Assembly: GCA_043819795.1 (NCBI GenBank)
Contig: JBDREN010000219.1
Span: 1 to 58,900 of the forward strand
DNA: 58,900 bases
DNA from: Elusimicrobiota bacterium
GTDB lineage: Bacteria; Elusimicrobiota; Elusimicrobia; UBA1565
Direction: 5' to 3'
Shown: positions 51,177 to 58,900 of the stretch, piece after piece
Position numbering within the stretch: position 1 is the stretch's first letter
How the letters are laid out: each line of letters starts with the position of its first letter
The notes under the pieces: generated by a model
The model's input: only the letters and a program-made list of their open reading frames with translations
Told to the model about the DNA's origin: nothing
Database searches by the model: none
Position numbers and translations under genes: made by a program

Positions 51177-52864
51177 CACGAGCCCTCCTTGACCCCGGAT
51201 AGGTCGAACAGGAGGGCCTGATCTCGGCGTTCGGACTTGGATCGCCGCTTGGGGACCTTCGGGGGGGGAGTCGTCTCCCCCGGTTTTATTGGGAGGTTCT
51301 TGATCTCTAGGCTGTAGTCGTCGTGGCTCCACTCGCAGCGCGAGAGAACCGCCTTGGGAATCTTCTTGACCGTGAGGTTGGGGAAATCGCCCAGGTTTTT
51401 GACCCGGAACGCTCCGCACATGACGAGCAGGCTTCGGTCCTCGCCGACTTCGTCCGAGAGCTGCTGAAGCTGCTCGCGGGACAGCGTCTGCGTGGTAACG
51501 TAGATGAAGTCCTTCTCGGTCGAATGGCCGTGGCGCCAGTAGAGCGTATCGCTCGGGGCGTAGGCGAACCCTTCGAGTTTGCAGATAGCTTCGGCGAGCA
51601 TGACGGCATCGTACTTCTTGTTGATGACCCAATTGTCGAATTGATCCTTCTCTAAGAGCGAGGGCGCCAGGCGGTAATAACGGAAGCCGCCGCCGGCTTT
51701 CCAGTCGACGGCTTCGGTGATGCCGCCGGGGTCTTGGCCGTCGATGACTTTCTTGAGCCGGGGGATGATGTGGGTGTGGCAGTGTTCGCCGAGTTCTACC
51801 ATGATCCAGCGCCGGCCCATTTTGTGGGCGACCGCGCCGGTGGTGCCGGAGCCGGCGAAGGAGTCGAGGACGATGTCGCCGGCGTTGGTGGCTATGTGGA
51901 TCACGCGCTGAGCTAATCGCTCTGGCTTGGGAGTATCAAACACATTATCCATCCCGAAGAGAGCTTGAATTTCTTTCTTGGCTTCGTCATTATGCCCCGC
52001 TTCTTCGTGGGGCCACCAGGTCCAGGGAACCAACCCCTCAACCTCCGACAGATATCGAATTAAGCCAGGTTGTGAATTACCATTCTTGCCGAAAAAAACC
52101 TTCCCGGCTGAAACAAGTTCGATAAACTGGGGCTCCAAAATTGACCAATGCCTTCCCTTTGGGGGGGAGATGATTTTTCCACTCGGTGTCTTGACTGGGT
52201 ATTGTTGGTTTGGACGAAGGCCAGCGCCATTCATTGGAATCAAGCGCCATGGACCTTTAGGGTCGTTGTTTGGATTTCGATAGGCACTCTTGGTTTTTCC
52301 TTGCAGCGGAATACGATTTCGCACGTGTTTAAATTTAGTTGGATTCTTCGCATAGCAAATCACATAGTCATGAACGTCACCTATGGCCGAGTTGTTGTCT
52401 CGTGAATAGCGCTTTTGCCAGACAATCTGTGCGACGAACGAGCGACGACCACACACCTCATCAAGCAGTACGCGAAGGTAAGGCATTTCGTTGTCATCAA
52501 TCGTAATCCACAGCGAACCATCATCGCGCAACAAGGTCCAAAGGATTGTCAATCGTGCCTGCATGAGCGTAAGCCACATCGAATGCTCAATGCCATCATC
52601 ATAATGTTCGAATGCGCTACCCGTGTTGTAGGGGGGGTCTATGAGCGCGCATTTAATCTTTCCCGAAAACTCCTGTTCTAAGGCCTTTAGGGCGAGGAGG
52701 TTGTCTCCGAAGATCAGTTTATTCTCAAAGCCGTCCTTGCCATTCACGCGAAAGGAAGAGTGATAGGACATGCACTTGTCTTCAATAAGAATCCGCGGCT
52801 CCAGGTTCGGCCGATTCTCCTTGCCAATCCAGGTGAGTTCAAGTTTGTTTTTTGCGGATGGCAT
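51176..52864 (-). CDS. mod: Type III R-M methyltransferase (Mod)
   Basis: GDNLLALKAL, IDPPYNTG (motif IV), FDTPKPE, VLDSFAGSGTTG (motif I), beta-class order. Confidence 0.94.
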   Translation of the reverse strand: MPSAKNKLELTWIGKENRPNLEPRILIEDKCMSYHSSFRVNGKDGFENKLIFGDNLLALKALEQEFSGKIKCALIDPPYNTGSAFEHYDDGIEHSMWLTLMQARLTILWTLLRDDGSLWITIDDNEMPYLRVLLDEVCGRRSFVAQIVWQKRYSRDNNSAIGDVHDYVICYAKNPTKFKHVRNRIPLQGKTKSAYRNPNNDPKGPWRLIPMNGAGLRPNQQYPVKTPSGKIISPPKGRHWSILEPQFIELVSAGKVFFGKNGNSQPGLIRYLSEVEGLVPWTWWPHEEAGHNDEAKKEIQALFGMDNVFDTPKPERLAQRVIHIATNAGDIVLDSFAGSGTTGAVAHKMGRRWIMVELGEHCHTHIIPRLKKVIDGQDPGGITEAVDWKAGGGFRYYRLAPSLLEKDQFDNWVINKKYDAVMLAEAICKLEGFAYAPSDTLYWRHGHSTEKDFIYVTTQTLSREQLQQLSDEVGEDRSLLVMCGAFRVKNLGDFPNLTVKKIPKAVLSRCEWSHDDYSLEIKNLPIKPGETTPPPKVPKRRSKSERRDQALLFDLSGVKEGS

Positions 52865-55206
52865 TAGTCAGGATTCTCCAGAGGGGTCAGTCTCAAAGTT
52901 TGCCCCTTCGCACACCGGCACTGCCAGTGCGTTCCCTCTTTTCTCGTCATTGGCAGAGACCCACATTGAGTGCAGATGAGCGCGTCGGCCAGTTTGACCG
53001 TCGTCTCGGCAAGGGCAAGCACGTCCTTGTCGGGCACGTCGAAACCTTTCATGTTCCAATGGCAGCCCACCTGATTGCGAATCCAGGCCACCTCCGATAG
53101 AGCATCCAGGAGAGGTTGGAGGACTACCACCTTCGGAGGATTGTCGTCACTTAGTACTTCGCACTTTAGTCCCTTGCGCAGCTTCTTCCCAAAGCACTTG
53201 AGCAATTCGCCCAACGTGTACTCAGGTTCCGGTCGCCGCGGCATCCGGCACCGATATTGAAGTGATAACTGATCCAACAGGCTCTCAAGCAGAACCCCGG
53301 CATCGGACGCAATCCGCTGTCGATTGACAGGTAACACGGCAATAGAATCTCGCAATTCTTGAAGCGGAAGCTTGCTTTCGCCGTGGCGAATTCCTTGCGC
53401 CAGCGTCCATGGAGCCAAATGCACGATCTGAACATGCGCGCTCGGTCCTCGCCCCTGCCGTATGCGCTCGATCCATGGGCGATAATGCGTGGCGACGATG
53501 ATCTGCCCGAAATGCTCGGTCTGGTCAACAAGGAGGTCCAAGAAGCGGCTCATATGAGGAGAATCAACCGAAGTCACGACATCATCCAAGATCACGACAG
53601 CATCCTTGCCGCCGAACTTCTTGGTCAACGCGAGGAATATGCAGACCCCAAGCGTGTCGAGATGCGACTCGCTGTAATAGGCTTGGGGCGGGACGTTCTT
53701 TACCCCTTCAAACTCTCCTTCTGATTTAAGGGACCCCCGTGCCTTGGGATCGAGGAACAGGCGGATCTTGATGCCTTCGCCAGGGTTCAGCTTATCACAC
53801 AGAGCCCCCACTTCCGTGGAGATGGCCACCAGGATGCCCTCTACGAAGCCTTTGCGCCGTTTCTCGACGATTAGGAGGATAGCTTGGCCGCGCTTTAGCT
53901 GGGCGTCGAGCTCGTGAGCCTTTTTGCTGTTTTCCTCGACGGCTTTGAGAGCCCGCTTGATCATGCCCAATTGGTTCGCCGCGCGCGTTGCCGCCTCTTG
54001 CCGGGTCTTGATGGAATCGTAGGCAGGCTTGGCCGCAAGCTGAAGCTTTTGGGCTTCTTTGAGAACAGCATCCGTTACTTCGGGCTTGTCGTTGGACAAT
54101 ATCGCCGGGAACTGGTCCCAGTTGAGCTTTAGGTCCGTGATTTCAGAAAGCTTCGCTTTCGAAATCTTCTGAGCCAAGTTCCGAACCGCCGAAACGAGGG
54201 TCGCACGGCTATGCTCAAAGACCGTTGCGGCTTTCTCCGCGGCCCCGCGCGCGGTGTCTAGATCGCGCTTCAGGATGACCATTCGCTTCATCGCTTCCAT
54301 GCGTGCTTTGATCCGAGCGAGGAGATCGGCAACCGTTATCCCCGACCGCTCGCAAAGAGGGCATTCTTCAGGCTTGACCGATTTAGGGAGATACTTTTGC
54401 GCGGCTGTCAGCAACTCAATCAGGTCGGATTCCTGCGATTCCTTTTCCGCATCCTGTACGGCCTTCTGGGCTTTGGTTTTCCTGCCGTCGACTTCGTTGC
54501 GGACCTTAAGGGCGTCGGCCCAGGCGTCGACGGCGGTCTGGGCCTTATCCATGCACGTCTGGATAGCCTGGGCCTGCGCCGCGACGGCCTTCAATGCATC
54601 TTCGCTCTCGTTGGCGCGCGACTTGGCCCATGCGAGGCAGTCCTTGCCTTTGCGGCCTTCCGCCGTCCAGGAATCGTTCAGCGAGTCTTCCGCCTGAACT
54701 TTCGCCTGAGCCGCGCGGTCCAGGCTCCCCTTCAACGATTTTACGCAATCTCTGAGCGAGCTTTCGGCCGCCTCGACTTTCGGCGGAACGATGAATTCTT
54801 GAAGCGACTCATACCGCTTGGACGGCGGGGCATTAATCACTTGTTGGATCTTCCCCCGGCGCAGAACATGGGCCCGCGGGGCCGTCGTGGGACCGCTGAC
54901 GGAGGGAGAGCCGTTTGCCAGCGTTGCCGTCCATTCGGACTTGTCGTAATGCAGTGAGACCTGGAGAGACGCAGGCGGGGATTTGACGGAAACGATATGC
55001 TGCTTCGGTCTTGTTCCGCTTCTCTCCGCCACGGAGCCGAATCCCTTGTTGCAGATGAAATCGATGGCATCGATGATGGAGGATTTGCCCGTTCCGTTTT
55101 CCCCGAAGATCATGGTGATTGGCTTCGCGGCGTCGAATGGGATGTCGACGGCCTTCGACGCGCCCCGAAAGCCGCGCAAAGAAATCTTTCCGATGCGTTT
55201 AGACAT
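52864..55206 (-). CDS. Rad50/SMC-like ABC ATPase with zinc hook and putative C-terminal HEPN (RloC-like)
   Basis: GENGTGKS, coiled coils around CPLC, YSESH signature variant, VILDDVVTSVD, IVATH, WIRNQVGCH (Rx5H), terminal CTQC..CRC. Confidence 0.8.
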   Translation of the reverse strand: MSKRIGKISLRGFRGASKAVDIPFDAAKPITMIFGENGTGKSSIIDAIDFICNKGFGSVAERSGTRPKQHIVSVKSPPASLQVSLHYDKSEWTATLANGSPSVSGPTTAPRAHVLRRGKIQQVINAPPSKRYESLQEFIVPPKVEAAESSLRDCVKSLKGSLDRAAQAKVQAEDSLNDSWTAEGRKGKDCLAWAKSRANESEDALKAVAAQAQAIQTCMDKAQTAVDAWADALKVRNEVDGRKTKAQKAVQDAEKESQESDLIELLTAAQKYLPKSVKPEECPLCERSGITVADLLARIKARMEAMKRMVILKRDLDTARGAAEKAATVFEHSRATLVSAVRNLAQKISKAKLSEITDLKLNWDQFPAILSNDKPEVTDAVLKEAQKLQLAAKPAYDSIKTRQEAATRAANQLGMIKRALKAVEENSKKAHELDAQLKRGQAILLIVEKRRKGFVEGILVAISTEVGALCDKLNPGEGIKIRLFLDPKARGSLKSEGEFEGVKNVPPQAYYSESHLDTLGVCIFLALTKKFGGKDAVVILDDVVTSVDSPHMSRFLDLLVDQTEHFGQIIVATHYRPWIERIRQGRGPSAHVQIVHLAPWTLAQGIRHGESKLPLQELRDSIAVLPVNRQRIASDAGVLLESLLDQLSLQYRCRMPRRPEPEYTLGELLKCFGKKLRKGLKCEVLSDDNPPKVVVLQPLLDALSEVAWIRNQVGCHWNMKGFDVPDKDVLALAETTVKLADALICTQCGSLPMTRKEGTHWQCRCAKGQTLRLTPLENPD

Positions 55207-55393
55207 CTTTTTTGGCCTCCGCGCTGACGGACAATTCGATCATCACCTGCCAATCCGCCGCCTTAAGCTTGCCTGATGCGAGCTTTTCGCGAAGCGACTT
55301 AAGCTGCTTCTCGGAAAACAGGCGCTTCTTCTTTAGGTCGGCGAGGATTTGTTCAGAGAGCAGTGCATCGGGAGTCTTATCTTCGGCGGTCAT
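55199..55393 (-). CDS. Small hypothetical protein (64 aa)
   Basis: Overlaps the helicase stop (ATGA) and the ATPase start; GGAGG SD; helical, GKLKAADW. Confidence 0.75.
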   Translation of the reverse strand: MTAEDKTPDALLSEQILADLKKKRLFSEKQLKSLREKLASGKLKAADWQVMIELSVSAEAKKDV

Positions 55394-58302
55394 AATATCG
55401 CTTGTACCTCCCAGCGGATCGTGAAGAGTTGCTTATCGGTGAATTTCAATTTCATCCGCTCTTCAACTTGCGACAGCAAGTCGTCTTTTTTTGCGTCGAT
55501 TTGATCCTGTGCCTCGAAGATTCTCTTTCGCTTGTCGTTGCGCTTGCGCTCAACTTCCGAGACCTTTCGGTGCAGAGCCAGTTTCGATTCCAGGTCTGCC
55601 GCTCGGCGGGCCTCGCGTTTGGCTGCGGCGATCTGCCGTTGGAGCTCGCGGAGTTCCGACTCCAACCCATCCTTGAGGTCGGCGGCCCAGTCGTCCATCT
55701 TTTCGATCTCCGACTCGAAGAAATTCCGGTTCCGGGAGTCGGTCGCGGTACGAATCTCGTGGACTTCGCGCTGGATGGCTTCCGTGAGACGGGCCTCAAT
55801 ATCCGAAGGGATATCCACGGGTCCGACATCTTCCCCTGGAACTTCAAAAAGCTTGGCACAGGTCTCGTGATGCAGCGTCTGCCCGTCGTCCTTGACGGCG
55901 GAAAAAACCAGGTGGTCTTCCGGCTCCAGGGATTGAATCGACGCCAAGCTTAGTCGCAGCCAACCGGAAGAGCCGCCGAGCTCTCCAACCACGCTGATTC
56001 TGCGCTCGCCGGGGTCGTAGTTGAATCTCACCGCGCGCGGTTCGAGCCTGCGCTCGAGCGCCGCGGCCATAAGCCGTTCGGCAAGAGGATGGCCGATCCG
56101 GTAATAGTGGATCGCTCCGGTAGCCTGTATCGGCAACAATGCGTATGCCCCTGTCGGAATGCCGTCGCCGGAAATCGAGGCCGGCAATGCTTTGAGATCG
56201 AATTCAAGCGCCTCGTCGGATTTGAAGTCCGCGTGTCCTTGGAGTTCGCCCTTGGTCAGCCACCAGAGCAGCAGGTGAAACCGGCTGCGGCGCTTTTCCG
56301 TGTCGTCTTGGCTGAGTCGCAGCCGCTCATGCACCTCGGCGTCGAAATGCTCCAGGAGCTGCGACTTCGCTTTGTCGAGCCGGGATTGAATCTGGAGTTC
56401 CAACTCCTGTTGAAGCGAGTCGAAGGCGGCGTTGATTTCTTCGGTCGAGCGGCAGGTCTGGTAGATGTCGTTGACGCGCCGCTCGAAGTCCACGCCGGAT
56501 TCCAACGCCCCGAGCACCTGATCGGACGCCCCGAAGATGCCTTCGAAGAGCCTGAATTTCTTATCGAGAAGCTCAAAAACCCGCCTATCGGCGGCGTTCC
56601 GCTGGTTGATGAAGTTGATCACAACGACGTCGTATTTTTGGCCGTAGCGGTGGCAGCGGCCGATTCTCTGCTCGATGCGCTGCGGGTTCCAGGGGAGATC
56701 GTAGTTGACCACGAGGTTGCAGAACTGGAGATTGATGCCTTCCGCTCCGGACTCCGTGGCGATCATAATGGATGCGCGATCCCGAAACTCCTCGACAAGA
56801 GCCGAGCGGACATCGGCGCTCTTTGAGCCCGTGATGCAGTCCTGGCCTTCATGGCGGGACAGCCAGGCTTGGTGAACGGCCTTAGATTCCGGGTCGTTGT
56901 TTGTGCCGTTAAAGACGACCACCTTGCCGGCGTAGCCGTTGTTCGTTAGAAGGTCCTTGAGATAGGTCTGCGTCCGTCGAGATTCTGTAAAAATCAGAGC
57001 CTTACGCTCGGCGCCCAGCGACGTCGCGCTCTGAAACCCCGCTTTTAGAGCTACCAGGAGCGCATCGCCCTTGGCATTGCGCGTGATTGTCTCCGCCAAC
57101 TTCTTGAAACTTCTGAGATCTTCTAGTTCCTGCTCAATGGCGGCAAGGGCCTCGGCATTGGGGTTGGACGGCGGATCAGTTTCTGGGTTTGCGTTTGGGG
57201 GGATTTCATCCCACTCCTCTTTGGTTTCCGCCAAAGCCTCATATTCTTCCTTGAGACTGTTGCCGCCGTCTTCATCCGGACCTAGTTGCCCGCGCTTGGC
57301 TTCTAGCCGCTCAATTAGCTTGCCGAGGGTAGCCCCGATAGCGAAGGAAGAGGATGCGAGGATTTTCCGAAGGACCAAGGTGATAAGCGCCCGTTGACCG
57401 ACCGGCAGAGCGAAGGATTGCGGCTGCTGGAGATAGGTCGAAACCATCTCATATAACCGCCATTCCTCGTCCGTCGGAGTGAAATCCCGCGTCAAGGAGA
57501 CCCGATTCGTGTAGCGAATCTGCTCCTGGACTTGTCGGCGCAGGGTCCGCTGGCAGACCGGGAGTATCCGTTTCCGTAGCGCCGCGAGTTCGCCGTTGCC
57601 CTCCCCGACGCTTCTCTTCGCGAATTGTTCCCGAAATGACTCATCGCTCCCGAAGAGGTGCGGATCAATAAAGCTGATAAGGCCGTAGAGTTCCATTAAG
57701 GAGTTCTGCAGCGGGGTCGCCGTCAGGAGTATCTTCGGACGATGGCCGATCATGTCGCGGATTGCGCGGGCGATCTTATTACCGGTTTTGTAGACATTTC
57801 GAAGACGATGAGCCTCGTCAATAACGACAAGGTCCCAGGGGATCGCGTGGATAGATTCCGCCTGCCGTCGCGCGAATTCGTACGAGCATAGTATCGCCTT
57901 GTCCCGTTGTTCGAAGGGATTGGCTTGCCCTTGAGCGACGAGTGCTTTGTAGCTGGCGGATTCCATGACCAGGGAGTCGATAAAGAATTTTTCCGAGAGT
58001 TCACGCTCCCACTGTTGGCGTAGGGCTGCCGGCAAAATGCACAGTATGCGGCGCTTGCGCTCCGCCCAAAGCTGACTCATTACGAGGCCGGCTTCAATCG
58101 TCTTGCCTAACCCGACTTCATCGGCAAGCAATGCCCCGCGCGAAAGCGGGGAGCGGAACGCGAAAAGCGCTGCGTCGATCTGGTGCGGATTAAGGTCTAT
58201 CGTCGCGTTGTTGATTGATTGGGACAACTTCCCAGGGCTGTCGGAGGCCCAGCGCCTTGTCAGCTCGTGAGCGAAAAATTTCGTGTGAAACGGTGTGCTC
58301 AT
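55390..58302 (-). CDS. SNF2-family helicase with C-terminal coiled coil
   Basis: LLADEVGLGKT, IDEAH, LTATPLQN, EGINLQ, NYDLPWNP, QRIGRCHRYGQ. Confidence 0.94.
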   Translation of the reverse strand: MSTPFHTKFFAHELTRRWASDSPGKLSQSINNATIDLNPHQIDAALFAFRSPLSRGALLADEVGLGKTIEAGLVMSQLWAERKRRILCILPAALRQQWERELSEKFFIDSLVMESASYKALVAQGQANPFEQRDKAILCSYEFARRQAESIHAIPWDLVVIDEAHRLRNVYKTGNKIARAIRDMIGHRPKILLTATPLQNSLMELYGLISFIDPHLFGSDESFREQFAKRSVGEGNGELAALRKRILPVCQRTLRRQVQEQIRYTNRVSLTRDFTPTDEEWRLYEMVSTYLQQPQSFALPVGQRALITLVLRKILASSSFAIGATLGKLIERLEAKRGQLGPDEDGGNSLKEEYEALAETKEEWDEIPPNANPETDPPSNPNAEALAAIEQELEDLRSFKKLAETITRNAKGDALLVALKAGFQSATSLGAERKALIFTESRRTQTYLKDLLTNNGYAGKVVVFNGTNNDPESKAVHQAWLSRHEGQDCITGSKSADVRSALVEEFRDRASIMIATESGAEGINLQFCNLVVNYDLPWNPQRIEQRIGRCHRYGQKYDVVVINFINQRNAADRRVFELLDKKFRLFEGIFGASDQVLGALESGVDFERRVNDIYQTCRSTEEINAAFDSLQQELELQIQSRLDKAKSQLLEHFDAEVHERLRLSQDDTEKRRSRFHLLLWWLTKGELQGHADFKSDEALEFDLKALPASISGDGIPTGAYALLPIQATGAIHYYRIGHPLAERLMAAALERRLEPRAVRFNYDPGERRISVVGELGGSSGWLRLSLASIQSLEPEDHLVFSAVKDDGQTLHHETCAKLFEVPGEDVGPVDIPSDIEARLTEAIQREVHEIRTATDSRNRNFFESEIEKMDDWAADLKDGLESELRELQRQIAAAKREARRAADLESKLALHRKVSEVERKRNDKRKRIFEAQDQIDAKKDDLLSQVEERMKLKFTDKQLFTIRWEVQAIL

Positions 58303-58637
58303 ATCTGCTCGATCGACAGTCTAGGGGGTGAAGAACTCAGCTCCGCAGAGTCGGCAGAGGGATGCTCAGGCGTTGAGGTCTTTTTAGGCCGTCCTGGGAT
58401 CGGGCGGGATTCAAGTCCCTTGAGCCCCTCCTCAGCGAACCGCCGTCGCCAGAGTTTGACCGTGTTGCGGCTCACGCCAAGGTCCTGTGAGATCCGGAGA
58501 TTGGGCTGGCCTGCGGCGGCGCGAAGGACGATCTCGGCGCGAAGACCCTGCCGCCCGACAGCGTCCTTGCGCCGCAGGCGAAGAATTCTATCGCTCTTTG
58601 GGTCCAATACGATGGACACGGATGCGGGAATAGGCAT
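58299..58637 (-). CDS. HTH protein resembling the IS630 transposase N-terminal domain (no DDE domain)
   Basis: RAEIVLRAAAG..ISQDLGVSRNTVKLWRRRFAEEGLKGLESRPIPGRP; ATGA-coupled to the helicase; start uncertain. Confidence 0.75.
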   Translation of the reverse strand: MPIPASVSIVLDPKSDRILRLRRKDAVGRQGLRAEIVLRAAAGQPNLRISQDLGVSRNTVKLWRRRFAEEGLKGLESRPIPGRPKKTSTPEHPSADSAELSSSPPRLSIEQI

Positions 58638-58900
58638 ACATAGAGATATTAGCAAATCAGTGGTCAGCTATTTTCTAGCTCCGACGGGGGGGTAACAATG
58701 GCTTGTGCGTCGCGCCGCTCATGGGGAAGCCCTGGACGGCGCCTACGCCGCCCACCGCTCCCCTTATGTTGCGGCCCCAGTTATGTGGTCTCGCCAGAAA
58801 AAGACTGGGCGATTTCAGGATATTATTCCGGCCGACACAACATAAATCGACGCTATTGTCTGGTTAGGTTCCTCAAGAAGGCCATCGTCGCCGGATTTTC

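Noticed and set aside
45707..58637. Assignment to DISARM, BREX or Zorya
   Set aside because: Signature genes (DrmA/DrmB, PglZ/BrxC, ZorA/ZorB) are absent; Mod/Res motifs indicate a Type III-like system

Overview
High-GC bacterial chromosome segment with two halves. The low-complexity signal-peptide proteins suggest Elusimicrobiota, but that is inference only. Left half (1-29.5 kb) is mostly core genes: dusB, hflKC, a HEAT/HD-GYP pair, a CBS protein, a ZIP transporter with an inserted cNMP domain, hydrolases, a likely arginine synthetase (ArcE)-OTC-NhaC operon, a glycosyltransferase/DAG kinase/MFS group, pgl, GH57-treZ-glgB and an HtrA protease. It also has REP-like palindromes and many apparently leaderless genes. 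Right half (from 29.5 kb) is visibly lower in GC and accessory. It has an ISNCY-type IS inserted in a ~97-bp inverted-repeat element, then monomeric icd. From 34.0 to 45.6 kb six diverged copies of a tandem XRE-HTH reading frame (4 full, 2 partial) are separated by unrelated cargo genes. Each full copy starts at a conserved att-like site (CTCCCCTGGACGAACCTAGCGGGGAAC in three copies, a variant in the fourth) behind a hairpin. An inverted site and a two-armed attP-like site lie at 44.7-44.85 kb. No recombinase gene is in the window. The window ends with a 13-kb, mostly translationally coupled defence operon: HTH, SNF2 helicase, 64-aa protein, RloC-like ABC ATPase/HEPN, Type III Mod, YhcG, Type III Res, a putative nuclease and a membrane protein. 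All calls are by eye from motifs; no database searches were run.
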